DNA of 21,494 nt, taken from the IMG/VR virus record IMGVR_UViG_3300020215_000050, positions 1 to 21,494 of that record. One strand, 5' to 3'. The notes under the pieces were generated by a model. It was not told the origin of the DNA and made no database searches. It worked only from the letters and a program-made list of their open reading frames with translations. Source of the stretch: a virus. The stretch's first letter is position 1, and every line of letters begins with the position of its first letter. Of the stretch, positions 12,169 through 21,012 are shown in pieces. The position numbers were made by a program, and so were the translations under genes.

Positions 12169-13225
12169 CGACCATCTCCATCACTTCCTCGGCGCTCGTG
12201 TCAACGGGTTTGCCGTACTGGAACTCGTTCCTGACGCCCTCCTCGATGCGCTCGAGGATCTCCTTGGTGTAGAACCGGGCGCCGTTTTTGTTGATCGCGG
12301 ACGGGAAGTGCTTGGAGCCGTCGGGGAACTCGAAGCGGGTCGAGACCTTCTTGAGCACCCCGTACTTCTCCGCGAGGGGCAGGAGGCCGTAGTAGCGGTC
12401 GAGGCCCTTGTCGTACGTCAGGAGGACGTCGACGACCTTGTTCTCCCGCGACATCCTGCTCTTCCACATGCGGACGTGGACGACGTTGCCGATGACCTCG
12501 TCGTCGACCTTCTCCTTCCGCTTGGACAGCATGGCGATCGAGTCGGCCGAGTACTTGAACCCGGCGCCGCCCGAGATCTCCTGGGTCGGGTACATGCCGC
12601 CGATGCCCGCGTAGGTGTGGTTCGTCACGATCATTGGGATCTGCAGCTTGGCGCAGGGCAGCCTGAGGGTCCGGAACGCGGCCTTGACGATCTGGGGCCG
12701 GGTCATGTCCTTGACCTCCTTGCCCTCGCGGGTGTCCTCCATCTCCTTCGAGGTGGACAGCTGCCCGAGCGAGTCCAGCACGAGGAGGAGGGGAGGCCTG
12801 TCCTTCTTGTCAACCTTCTGGTAGGCGTCTATGAAGCTCAGCGCCTTGTGCTTGAAGTCCTGGACTGTGATTGGCTCCCCGATAACAACCCGGCGCGGGT
12901 CGATCCCCCGCTCCGTGAGGAGGGTCCGGTTCACGGAGGATTCCGAGTCGTAGTAGACGACCCCCGCGCTCGGGTTGCTATCGAGGAAGTACTTGCAGAT
13001 GCCGAGGGTGAAGAAGGTCTTCCCCGTCGTGGTCTCACCCGCGAAGCCGAGAAACTTGTTGTTGGGCATGCCGCCCCAGATGGAGCCGGACAGAACGGCG
13101 TTCAGCGTGTACGAACCCGTGTCTATGAAGCCGGTGAACTCCGCGGCGTTGGTGCCGTCCGCTGCGATCGAGAGGTCCTCGTCCTTCAGCTGGTCGACGA
13201 TGTTCTTGAAGAAGTCGTTGCTCAT
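12158..13225 (-). CDS. uvsX: RecA-like recombinase UvsX
   Basis: FIDTGSYTLNAVLSGS, GETTTGKT, VLDSLGQL, VTNHTY, SGGAGFKYSA. Confidence 0.96.
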   Translation of the reverse strand: MSNDFFKNIVDQLKDEDLSIAADGTNAAEFTGFIDTGSYTLNAVLSGSIWGGMPNNKFLGFAGETTTGKTFFTLGICKYFLDSNPSAGVVYYDSESSVNRTLLTERGIDPRRVVIGEPITVQDFKHKALSFIDAYQKVDKKDRPPLLLVLDSLGQLSTSKEMEDTREGKEVKDMTRPQIVKAAFRTLRLPCAKLQIPMIVTNHTYAGIGGMYPTQEISGGAGFKYSADSIAMLSKRKEKVDDEVIGNVVHVRMWKSRMSRENKVVDVLLTYDKGLDRYYGLLPLAEKYGVLKKVSTRFEFPDGSKHFPSAINKNGARFYTKEILERIEEGVRNEFQYGKPVDTSAEEVMEMVDEA

Positions 13226-13262
13226 TCCTTATCTCCTACAGGCGCGCGCTACGCCGAGTCAA

Positions 13263-15752
13263 CTACAAAAATGCATCGAGGTTGGCGACGGGCTCGTGGT
13301 GCCAGCGGGCGACCTCGAGTATGGAATCCAGCGGCTCGAGGAACGCCTTCTCGAACTGCATGTCGTAGTCTACGTAGCGATCGAGCCCGAGCTCGCGGGG
13401 CAGGTAGCCCGGGCAGGCGAGGATGTCCTCCCTCAGCGGGTTGGGCGTCCTCATGTAGCAGTACCGTATCTTGTCCCCGCTCGTGATCGTCTGGGCCGGC
13501 ACCTTGGCGTCGGCGATGGCCTTGTTGTAGAGGAGGGCGGCCCTCACGTGCTGGGGCGTGCCCTTCTTGTATATGGAGCGGGAGTCCCGGTAGTCGCCGA
13601 GGTTGTTGACGGTCCTCGGGAAGGCGACGTCCTCGAACCCCAGCGTATAGAAGTGGTGCCTGAAGGCGTCGATGAACTTATGCAGCTGCGGCTCCGTCCC
13701 CGACATCACTATCTTGATCGCGTCCTTGAGCGCCTCCCTGCACACCTCGGGGGTGCTGGACTTGACCGCCTCGATTCCCGTCATGTCGATCTTGGGCTCC
13801 TTGAACCGGACCCCCTCGGCGTCGAGCACGTTGAGGACGTACCTCTTCTTGGTCAGCACGATCGCCCGGTCGCAGATCTTCTCCCGCTTCATCCTGAGCT
13901 TGGCTTCCCTGGCGTTCAGGTACTTGGCGAGGTCGTCCGTCGCCTGCTTGATGACCTTGTCCCTCAGCATGGCGCAGGTCTGGTCGACGAAGTCGAGGAG
14001 GACCCGCTTGTCCGTCTCATTGGGGAACATCGCCTTCACGAGGTCGTCCAGGCACAGGTAGAGGGAGTCGGTGTCCGCCCCCACCACCCGGTCCTTCCTG
14101 GTGCCCAGCAGCTTGTTCAGGTACTCGTTGATCCTCTTGATCGCGAACCTGGTGGCGAGGCGGGAGGTGAGGGTCACGGACTCCGAGAGGGCGATGGAGA
14201 AGTAGCGGAAGTAGGCGTTGGAGAGGGCGCCGTACGCCGAGTTGAGCTGGTACTTCCTCGCGAGCTGGATGTTGTAGAGGGTGGACGCCTCCCTCTCGAG
14301 GGCCTCCTTCTTGACCGGGTCCTTCTCGGCCTCCTCGGCCTGCTTGACGGGGATCATCTGCTTCTTGACCGCGGCCCGGTGGGCGTAGATCTTCTCCATC
14401 AGGTACGGGAGGAAGCCCTGCGGGTTCCGCCTGTACCGATGGCAGGAGCCCGTGAAGCACTCGTCCTCGGGGACGCCCAGGTCCTCGAGCCTGTCCAGGA
14501 GCTCGTCGACGTCCCAGTTCTTCTCGTAGCTCTTTCCCAGGTAGGTCTCGGGGGAGATGTTACAGAGCATTATCACGTGGGGGTACAGGGAGTCGAAGTC
14601 GAAGCTGACGACCCAGTTGTACAGCCCGGGCATGGACTGCTTCACCCACCCGCCCTGGAAGCTGTCGGGGACCGCGACGGGCTTCCTCGGCACGACTATT
14701 TTCTGTGACAGCAAATGGTTGTGGATGATCACGTCCCACATCCTGACGGTGCCGAACGCGTCCGTGAACGGGATCTTGGCGTCGTAGCTCAGGTAGTAGA
14801 CGAGGTTGAGAAGGCCGAGCTTGGCGTCGAGCTTGTCTACCAGGTCAACGTCCCGGATGTTATACTCCATGAACCGCTGGTGGTCCCTCTCATATAGATC
14901 CTGTAGGTCCCTGAAGTCGGAGTAGTCGAGCTTCTTCTCCTTGAGCTCGACGTAGGAGATGTAGTTGAGGGAGTAGGACTCACGGGGCTCCATGATGAAC
15001 TTCTCATACATGCGCTTGTAGTCGAGAGCCGTGATGCCGATGAACTCAAAGGTCTGCTGGGTCTTTCCGAACTTGTCATGGGCCTCCCTCTCCTCTATCA
15101 TGCCCCACGGGGACAGGGCCTTCACGAAGTCGTCGCCGAGCACCCGTCGAATCCGGTTGACCAGGTACGGGATGTCGAAGAAGTCGATGTTCCACCCCGT
15201 GATGACGTCGATCGGGTTCGCCCGCCACGTCTGCAGGAACTGGTAGAGCAGGTCCACCTCGTCCTCGCAGCGGTGGTACAGGACGTCGTTCCGGTGCGGG
15301 GCGAAGTCCTTCACGCCGAAGGCGTACACCCGACCGGCGATCTTGGCCGTGATCGAGGTGACGGGGGACTCGGCCTTCCTCGGGTCGGGGAAGGCGCCCT
15401 TCGCGCCGACCTCGACGTCGATGTTGGCGACGCATATCCAGCTGGAATCGAACTTGACCTCCCCCGGGTACCTGTCGTTGAGGTACGGGTAGAGGAAGTC
15501 GGTCATGCCGTAGTAGTTGAAGTTCTCGACCCCGTCGTAGCGCTCGACGAACTTCTTGGCCTCCCACACGGACGGGAAGTCGATCCTGTCCGCGGGCTTG
15601 CCGTCGAGGGTTCTGTACTCGGCGTCGGGTCTTCGTGAATCGACGAACAGGTACGGCTTGATCTTGAACCGATGCTGGACGTGCTTGCCGTCGTCGATCT
15701 CGCGGAGCAGCAACTCGCCCCGCCTCAGGATGGCGTGTGTGTAGAATCTCAT
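13263..15752 (-). CDS. 43: family B DNA polymerase (T4 gp43-like)
   Basis: Exonuclease motifs DVEV, TGWNIDFFDIPYL, YNIRDV; polymerase motifs SFDFDSLYP, KYQLNSAYG, DTDS, KKRY. Confidence 0.98.
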   Translation of the reverse strand: MRFYTHAILRRGELLLREIDDGKHVQHRFKIKPYLFVDSRRPDAEYRTLDGKPADRIDFPSVWEAKKFVERYDGVENFNYYGMTDFLYPYLNDRYPGEVKFDSSWICVANIDVEVGAKGAFPDPRKAESPVTSITAKIAGRVYAFGVKDFAPHRNDVLYHRCEDEVDLLYQFLQTWRANPIDVITGWNIDFFDIPYLVNRIRRVLGDDFVKALSPWGMIEEREAHDKFGKTQQTFEFIGITALDYKRMYEKFIMEPRESYSLNYISYVELKEKKLDYSDFRDLQDLYERDHQRFMEYNIRDVDLVDKLDAKLGLLNLVYYLSYDAKIPFTDAFGTVRMWDVIIHNHLLSQKIVVPRKPVAVPDSFQGGWVKQSMPGLYNWVVSFDFDSLYPHVIMLCNISPETYLGKSYEKNWDVDELLDRLEDLGVPEDECFTGSCHRYRRNPQGFLPYLMEKIYAHRAAVKKQMIPVKQAEEAEKDPVKKEALEREASTLYNIQLARKYQLNSAYGALSNAYFRYFSIALSESVTLTSRLATRFAIKRINEYLNKLLGTRKDRVVGADTDSLYLCLDDLVKAMFPNETDKRVLLDFVDQTCAMLRDKVIKQATDDLAKYLNAREAKLRMKREKICDRAIVLTKKRYVLNVLDAEGVRFKEPKIDMTGIEAVKSSTPEVCREALKDAIKIVMSGTEPQLHKFIDAFRHHFYTLGFEDVAFPRTVNNLGDYRDSRSIYKKGTPQHVRAALLYNKAIADAKVPAQTITSGDKIRYCYMRTPNPLREDILACPGYLPRELGLDRYVDYDMQFEKAFLEPLDSILEVARWHHEPVANLDAFL

Positions 15753-15800
15753 GTCGGGAACGACCCTATTTAGGCCGTAAGCTGGGAGTCAAAAAGAAAA

Positions 15801-16379
15801 TTAGGGGTTGAGCGACTTCGGCATCAGCCTGCGCGGGTCCTCGATCGTCAGCGCGTACGGGGTGTCCTCGATGCCCTCGTACTCCGGGCTGCCGCCGGCG
15901 GTGCCCGTCTGCTCGCCGTTCCCGCCCTCGCCCTCCTTGTCGCCGAAGATCTCCACGTACATCCCCTCCTCGATCGCCTTCTGGGCCTTCCTGAACCCGC
16001 TGGCGTCTTCCTGGGTGTACGGGAGCTTGTGGGCGCGGGGCTGGTTCTCCCCCGAGTAGCGGAGGGCCACGCGGGGATCGAGAAGCTCCATCCCGGTCAG
16101 CATCCACTTGTGGTTCCTGACGATCCAGATATAGATGGCGCCCTCCTGCTTGTCGTCGGGCTCCTCTATGATGACGGAGAGGAGCCTGGCCCGCTCCTTC
16201 TCCACGCCGCCGACGGGCCACCCCTTGTAGCTCTCCATCGAGAAGAAGATGGAACTCGCGAGGAAGAAGGAGGCCGCGACGACGACGGTCTTGAGCGCGT
16301 ACTTGGCCGGCACGAAGTACAGGGTGCTGCACAGGAGCACCGCGTAGGCCACGCAGTAGATGATCAGAAGCTTGTTCAT
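15801..16379 (-). CDS. membrane protein (two N-terminal TM helices), third gene of the ExbB/ExbD-like module
   Basis: 192 aa from the ATG at 16379 (ATGA overlap); GWP, IYIW and PRAHKLPY motifs. Confidence 0.8.
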   Translation of the reverse strand: MNKLLIIYCVAYAVLLCSTLYFVPAKYALKTVVVAASFFLASSIFFSMESYKGWPVGGVEKERARLLSVIIEEPDDKQEGAIYIWIVRNHKWMLTGMELLDPRVALRYSGENQPRAHKLPYTQEDASGFRKAQKAIEEGMYVEIFGDKEGEGGNGEQTGTAGGSPEYEGIEDTPYALTIEDPRRLMPKSLNP

Positions 16380-17029
16380 GGGATGCCTGCCCCGTCGCGG
16401 AGCACCTTGACCAGGCTCTTCTGGTGGTACTCGATGTTGCCGATGATGCCGTTGGCGTCGATGTTGAACGAGAAGGCGGTCTGCTCCTCCCACACCTTGT
16501 TGAGGACGACCTGCTTGTCCTGGTAGAGGCGGATGTGCGGGTTGAGCTTCTGCAGCTGCACCTTAACCGGGATGGGCTGCTTGGCCTGGCCCGTCTGGAC
16601 GTAGGCGCCGTCGAAGATGCAGGTGTAGAGGTGGACGTTGACCGTGTACCGGCCCGGGAGGAGTCCCCGCAGGATCGTGTACTCCTTGTTCTCGTCCACA
16701 GTATAGACCTGGTTGCCCACGGCCACCGTGTCGCTCCTCTTGCCCAGGTCGTCTCTCTCCAGGTGCATCAGCCCGACGTCCTTGTTGAGGAAGAAGGACT
16801 TAGCCCCGGTCGGGTCCTGGACCCACAGGTCGACGTCGCAGTCCGACTTGCTGTCCCACTCGGCCGTGATCATGACCTCGGCCTTGTGCTGGATGCCCTC
16901 GCTCTGCTTCTTGTTCGGGTTCGCGAGCAGGATCGTGAGGAAGAACAGGACGAAGATCGTCATGCTCGAGTTGAGCAGGAAGTCGATGAAGCTGGTCTTA
17001 GACGAGTACGAGCGCTTAGTCGAGAGCAT
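16376..17029 (-). CDS. single-pass membrane protein with ExbD/MotB-like Asp-containing TM and a periplasmic beta-rich (YfaP-like) domain
   Basis: TSFIDFLLN followed by a hydrophobic helix; W....D.D.DLWVQDP.G, LERDDLG and PGRYTVNVHLY motifs. Confidence 0.82.
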   Translation of the reverse strand: MLSTKRSYSSKTSFIDFLLNSSMTIFVLFFLTILLANPNKKQSEGIQHKAEVMITAEWDSKSDCDVDLWVQDPTGAKSFFLNKDVGLMHLERDDLGKRSDTVAVGNQVYTVDENKEYTILRGLLPGRYTVNVHLYTCIFDGAYVQTGQAKQPIPVKVQLQKLNPHIRLYQDKQVVLNKVWEEQTAFSFNIDANGIIGNIEYHQKSLVKVLRDGAGIP

Positions 17030-17531
17030 GGTGCTTCATATCCAGGGCGTAGTCAGCCGCGAAGGACTGGACCTGCATAACAACCCCGGCCATGACGCCG
17101 ATCAGCGTCACGTAGAGCGCCGTGCCGTAGTTCTTGCCGATGCCCGCGAGCATGCTCGGGAGGGCCGCCGCGTCCGCGGTCAGGTTGACGTCGCCGAAGG
17201 CCACGAGCATCATGCCGATGAAGCCGATGAGCGACCCGATCAGCCCGACGGACAAACAGATCTGACCCCAGAAGAAGCCCACGTTGGTCTTCATCTTGAG
17301 GACCTCGTAGGCGTGGGTGGAGTCGCCGTCATAGGACTCGATGTCCCGGCAGACCCTGCCGATGTGCCACGAGACGAGCCAGAACAGGACGTAGGCGAGG
17401 AGGGTCAGCTTGGTGTGGTCCGCCTCCCAGATCATGTTGGCGATGCCGACCTTGTACGCCCAGAACGACCCCGTGGCGACGAGGGCGTTGGTCACGAGCC
17501 AGGTAATGAACGGCCTCTTGGAGAACTGCAT
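17016..17531 (-). CDS. MotA/TolQ/ExbB proton-channel family protein
   Basis: Four hydrophobic segments; GLIGSLIGFI and GIGKNYGTALYVTLIG match the family signature. Confidence 0.88.
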   Translation of the reverse strand: MQFSKRPFITWLVTNALVATGSFWAYKVGIANMIWEADHTKLTLLAYVLFWLVSWHIGRVCRDIESYDGDSTHAYEVLKMKTNVGFFWGQICLSVGLIGSLIGFIGMMLVAFGDVNLTADAAALPSMLAGIGKNYGTALYVTLIGVMAGVVMQVQSFAADYALDMKHHALD

Positions 17532-17791
17532 CAGTGCACCTGGTGGGACTTGCGGAAGACGTTTGCCTGGGAGTCCATGACGCCGTCGATGATCCTGGAC
17601 ATCTGGTGGATGACGCCGGCGGTGAACACCATCGGCCTCTCGTTCCTGGTGACGTCACGGATGACGACCATGACTCCGCCCTCCGTGTCCGTCACGACGT
17701 TGAAGTATAGGTTCTTCTCGTCGACGAGGTCCTTCCTCGTCAGCTCGACGACCCTCTGCTCGGCGGACTTCACCTCTTTAATCGCAGCCAT
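17531..17791 (-). CDS. hypothetical protein
   Basis: 86 aa, GGAGG RBS, TGATG-coupled to the ExbB-like gene. Confidence 0.75.
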   Translation of the reverse strand: MAAIKEVKSAEQRVVELTRKDLVDEKNLYFNVVTDTEGGVMVVIRDVTRNERPMVFTAGVIHQMSRIIDGVMDSQANVFRKSHQVH

Positions 17792-17954
17792 AGGACCCTC
17801 CTGCTTTCTTTCTGAGGTCTACACCCCTGTGGAGATAGAAGTCAATTATCGCATCGGTGATCTCCGAAACTTTTTTGGAATCCAGCCCCAGCCTCTCGAC
17901 CAGGTGCTTGGACAGCTCGTAGCGCTCGAAGTCACGACGCAGGATCATCATCAT
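17778..17954 (-). CDS. small hypothetical protein (58 aa, MMMILRRDFERYELSKHL...), absent from the ORF track
   Basis: GAGG RBS; overlaps the regA end and the next start; fills the gap. Confidence 0.6.
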   Translation of the reverse strand: MMMILRRDFERYELSKHLVERLGLDSKKVSEITDAIIDFYLHRGVDLRKKAGGSYGCD

Positions 17955-18354
17955 TCCTCTTCTTTCCGACTGTATACTTTGAGACGAGCTTCCAGGAGCC
18001 CTTCTCCTTGTGGGGGATCACCTTGATGTCGGAGAAGGCCACCCTCTGCTCAATGAGCGTCCGGTCGATGACCTCGCACAGGCCCCACTGGGCGAGCAGG
18101 TAGGCGATCGTGTTCCTCCTGGCCCGGTCGACGTCGTCCATGTCCGTCTGCTTGCCATCGAGGATCATCATCTCCTTGAAGTGCGTGATGTAGTAGCGGC
18201 CCCGCTTGTGGAGTATGTGGCAGCTCTGGTAGAGGTAGCGGCCGTCGTCCCGCTCGACCGCCAGACCCATCCGGGTCAGCGTCTCCTTTATCTTCAGGAA
18301 GTCCTGGGGCTCACCGAGGCGAACCTCCACGAAGCTTTCCACCACCGAGTTCAT
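17932..18354 (-). CDS. regA: translational repressor RegA
   Basis: DFLKIKETLTRMG, LYQSCHILHKRGRYYITHFKEM, RRNTIAYLL.QWGL, W.LVSKY; T4 synteny. Confidence 0.96.
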   Translation of the reverse strand: MNSVVESFVEVRLGEPQDFLKIKETLTRMGLAVERDDGRYLYQSCHILHKRGRYYITHFKEMMILDGKQTDMDDVDRARRNTIAYLLAQWGLCEVIDRTLIEQRVAFSDIKVIPHKEKGSWKLVSKYTVGKKRNDDDPAS

Positions 18355-18736
18355 CGACCCTTGTTCTTCTCGTTGCGGCCTCGAGCTCCCCCCGCGACAG
18401 CGTGCGGGCGATCTCGAGGGCCCTTGCTCGATTTACTCCGTAGCGCCTCTGGACGGCGTCCAGGATGACATCCTGGTCAGGCTTGTGCCACTTCCCGAAG
18501 CGCTTTCTCGGCCGAAGGGTATTTAGGTAGTAGTCGAATTGGAGCTGAGGAGGCAGGTGGGGGCAGAGGTTCATGTCGTTGGCGTAGAAGACGGAGTCCT
18601 CGAACATCGAGAAGTGCCGGTTCGCCAACCAGGCGTTGTACTCCCGCTCCGCCCTCGCGGGGTCGACGTCCTCGCGGATGAGGTCCCTCTTGGTGTGGGA
18701 TGCGGCGTCGATGTAGTCGAAGGGCTTAGCCACCAA
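18311..18736 (-). CDS. 62: clamp loader small subunit (T4 gp62-like)
   Basis: PFDY, YNAWLANRHFS.F.D.V.YAN.MN, QFDYYLN.LRPRKRFGKW; start may be the GTG at 18733. Confidence 0.93.
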   Translation of the reverse strand: MVAKPFDYIDAASHTKRDLIREDVDPARAEREYNAWLANRHFSMFEDSVFYANDMNLCPHLPPQLQFDYYLNTLRPRKRFGKWHKPDQDVILDAVQRRYGVNRARALEIARTLSRGELEAATRRTRVDELGGGKLRGGSPR

Positions 18737-18830
18737 TGCCTCTGTCCCTGTTCCTCTTGCTGCAGTAGTTCATCCAGGCCCCGAGGAGATGGGCGATGAA
18801 CATATAGAACCTGTCTCTGAGTCTAGCCAA
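18726..18830 (-). CDS. possible 34-aa protein (TTG start)
   Basis: GGGGA RBS; overlaps both neighbours and fills the gap. Confidence 0.4.
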   Translation of the reverse strand: MARLRDRFYMFIAHLLGAWMNYCSKRNRDRGIGG

Positions 18831-19014
18831 GGTCGTCCCCGCAGTTGGTGCAGTGCATGTCGGGCTCGTGCGCGTCGGGGTTGAACCACACGACGGGGTA
18901 GGGGTGGCCGCGGAACCGGCACCAGATCACCGTGTGCCAGCTCTCGTCCCGGCGCTTCCTCTGAAACAGGTAGTACCAGAAGCTCGGGTAGAGAAGGGAG
19001 AGGAGCCTACCCAT
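18823..19014 (-). CDS. small protein with C...GH / C..C zinc-binding-like motif
   Basis: 63 aa; WCRFRGH...HCTNCG. Confidence 0.65.
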   Translation of the reverse strand: MGRLLSLLYPSFWYYLFQRKRRDESWHTVIWCRFRGHPYPVVWFNPDAHEPDMHCTNCGDDLG

Positions 19015-19168
19015 TGAGCCAGACCAGGCCGTAGAAGGTGGCGGCGGACGTCGCGGCGAAGCTCAAGATCCCGACGACCCAGGCTACAAGTCGTGTGAGG
19101 GGTCGATGCCGCGGCGGAGCATCTCGCCGTTGAAAGCCATCACCATCTGGAAAAACCACCATTCCCAT
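19007..19168 (-). CDS. small single-TM membrane protein (53 aa), absent from the ORF track
   Basis: AGGGGGA RBS; MGMVVFPDGDGFQRRDAPPRHRPLTRLVAWVVGILSFAATSAATFYGLVWLNG. Confidence 0.55.
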   Translation of the reverse strand: MGMVVFPDGDGFQRRDAPPRHRPLTRLVAWVVGILSFAATSAATFYGLVWLNG

Positions 19169-19183
19169 CTCGTCAGGATCCCC

Positions 19184-20128
19184 CTAATCACGGAACTTCG
19201 CGTCCATCATCAGCTCGGTCAGCCAGGCCAGGGTGTTGATCTCCTGGTCCGCGGCGAACGCGCTCTTGTACATGTAGTCGGCCGTCTTGACCACCACGAG
19301 TGGGATCGTCGACGGGGTGAAGTGGTCGTACATCTGGTCGTAGACCTTCCGCATCAGCTCGTGGGCCTCGATGTGGCGGTTGGTCGCGCACCACTTGACC
19401 ATGCCCTGGAAGTCCTTGGACCGCATCAGGCCGACGAGCTCCTTCACGAGCACCTCCGTCGCGGGGGTCTTGGACAGGACGCCGGAGTCGATCCTGCCGT
19501 GGTAGCTGTACTGGTGGATCGTGTTGAGGGTCTTCCTCAGGTCGGGGAAGTTCCTGCGGATGACGTCGGCGACGACGGGGGCCTCGTAGGGGATCCCGTT
19601 CTCGTCGAGGATGCCCTTTACCCTCTTCATGAAGGCGGCCATCACGTAGGGCTCTTCTTCAGGAAGAACCTGGAAGGGGACCTCGACCAGCCTGGACCTG
19701 AGGGGCTCGATGATCTTGTAGGGGAAGTTGCAGGTCAGGATGAACCCGCAGTTGCCGCTGTACTCCTCCATGAACGCCCTGAGGGCGGGCTGGGTGGACT
19801 GGGCGTTGAGGTGGTCGGCCTCGTCGAGGATGACGTACTTCCTGCCCCCCGAGAAGGACCTAGCGGACGCGAACTGGGTGATCTCCGTCCTCAGCGTGTC
19901 GATGTTGCCGTGGAGGGAGGCGTTTATGAAGAAGTCGTCCCCGCCGACGTCGCGGATCATCGCCTTCGCCGCCGTGGTCTTGCCGACGCCGGCCGACCCC
20001 GTGAGAAGGAGGTTCGGGATCAGCCGGGCGTCGACGAAGGACTTCAGCTTGGCCTTGATGCGGTCGGGAAGGATGCAGTCCTCGACCGTCCGCGGGCGGT
20101 AGCGCTCTATCCAGAGGGGCTCGGTCAT
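19184..20128 (-). CDS. 44: clamp loader large subunit (T4 gp44-like AAA+ ATPase)
   Basis: LWIERYRP, GSAGVGKTT, ILDEAD, ALRAFMEEYS, FILTCN, PLRSR, FPDLRK; start at ATG 20128. Confidence 0.97.
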   Translation of the reverse strand: MTEPLWIERYRPRTVEDCILPDRIKAKLKSFVDARLIPNLLLTGSAGVGKTTAAKAMIRDVGGDDFFINASLHGNIDTLRTEITQFASARSFSGGRKYVILDEADHLNAQSTQPALRAFMEEYSGNCGFILTCNFPYKIIEPLRSRLVEVPFQVLPEEEPYVMAAFMKRVKGILDENGIPYEAPVVADVIRRNFPDLRKTLNTIHQYSYHGRIDSGVLSKTPATEVLVKELVGLMRSKDFQGMVKWCATNRHIEAHELMRKVYDQMYDHFTPSTIPLVVVKTADYMYKSAFAADQEINTLAWLTELMMDAKFRD

Positions 20129-20361
20129 CGGGCGAACGCTATCCTGGCGGACTCGACGAACCAGTACAGGGGCCAAATGAGGCCCGAGCCGACGGCAGCC
20201 GTCTCGGCGTGGTCGATGCACCACGCGGCGGTCTGCCTGTCATAGACGGTGGACTGGGCGTGGAGGCGCAGGCAGTCCTGCGGGAACTCATGGAAGTTAT
20301 GCCCGATCGTCGCCCACGCGCCGGCCAGGTAAACGAAGAGAATCAGGAGTGCGGTTTTCAT
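20125..20361 (-). CDS. small membrane protein
   Basis: 78 aa, hydrophobic N- and C-termini (IWPLYW); ATGA-coupled to gene 44. Confidence 0.7.
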   Translation of the reverse strand: MKTALLILFVYLAGAWATIGHNFHEFPQDCLRLHAQSTVYDRQTAAWCIDHAETAAVGSGLIWPLYWFVESARIAFAR

Positions 20362-20398
20362 CTTGCTCGACTACACCAGCGACCGCGCGGATGTACAA

Positions 20399-20662
20399 CT
20401 ATTTGTTGATCCTGACCGTCCAGGCAAAGAACGACCCGACGAACCACTTGCCGATGAACAGGAACAGCGGCAGATTGACCAGAAACGCGGCGGCCAGGGC
20501 GGGCCAGCACAGGACGAACCGAAAGATGGCCGGCCACGTGCCCCGATCGAACCGGGCGCTGCCGGTCAGCTCGAGCTGGGAGAAGCGGCAGGCGATCAGG
20601 AGCCCGATGAAGACGACGACGTCACCGGCGAGATAGAGAATGAGCCAGTCCTGCCACTCCAT
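20399..20662 (-). CDS. small membrane protein
   Basis: 87 aa from the ATG at 20662 (TGATG overlap); two hydrophobic stretches. Confidence 0.7.
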   Translation of the reverse strand: MEWQDWLILYLAGDVVVFIGLLIACRFSQLELTGSARFDRGTWPAIFRFVLCWPALAAAFLVNLPLFLFIGKWFVGSFFAWTVRINK

Positions 20663-21012
20663 CACAGACCCCTCGTCGACAGCCCTATCGGCTGCCCAGT
20701 GTTCATCTTGACCTGGACGCACCGGTCGTCCCACAGCTCGATCATCGCGTAGTCCTTGACGCAGGTGACCTCGAGCTCGGGCAGGCCGGCATGGTCCCTG
20801 AGCCAGCGGTGGATCTCCTCGGTGACCTCCGCGGCCTCCTTGGCGTCCCCGCTGACGCGGGCCGTAAAGATCTTGACCTTGTGTCCCTTCTCGAGCCAGG
20901 CCTTGACCCTGTCGACCATCGGCCAGACGGGCCGGCCGATGTGCGTGTGTCCCTTCCACCCGCCGTACTCGGCGAGCGTGCCGTCGAGGTCGACCCCGAT
21001 CCAGCCCGACAT
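20662..21012 (-). CDS. HAD-superfamily phosphatase (PNK phosphatase-like domain)
   Basis: DLDGTLA motif I, IFTAR motif II, K, WDD motif IV. Confidence 0.88.
   Translation of the reverse strand: MSGWIGVDLDGTLAEYGGWKGHTHIGRPVWPMVDRVKAWLEKGHKVKIFTARVSGDAKEAAEVTEEIHRWLRDHAGLPELEVTCVKDYAMIELWDDRCVQVKMNTGQPIGLSTRGL

Noticed and set aside
10243-15752. Inteins or introns in genes 41, uvsX or 43
   Set aside because: Lengths (478, 355 and 829 aa) and motif spacing are normal
10228-17080. Long plus-strand ORFs (10228..11706, 12083..13486, 12975..14708, 16424..17080 and similar elsewhere)
   Set aside because: Antisense shadows of high-GC3 minus-strand genes; no recognisable motifs
17816-17845. TTGACT-N18-TAGACC promoter-like motif
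   Set aside because: Weak -10 box, and it lies inside a probable 58-aa ORF
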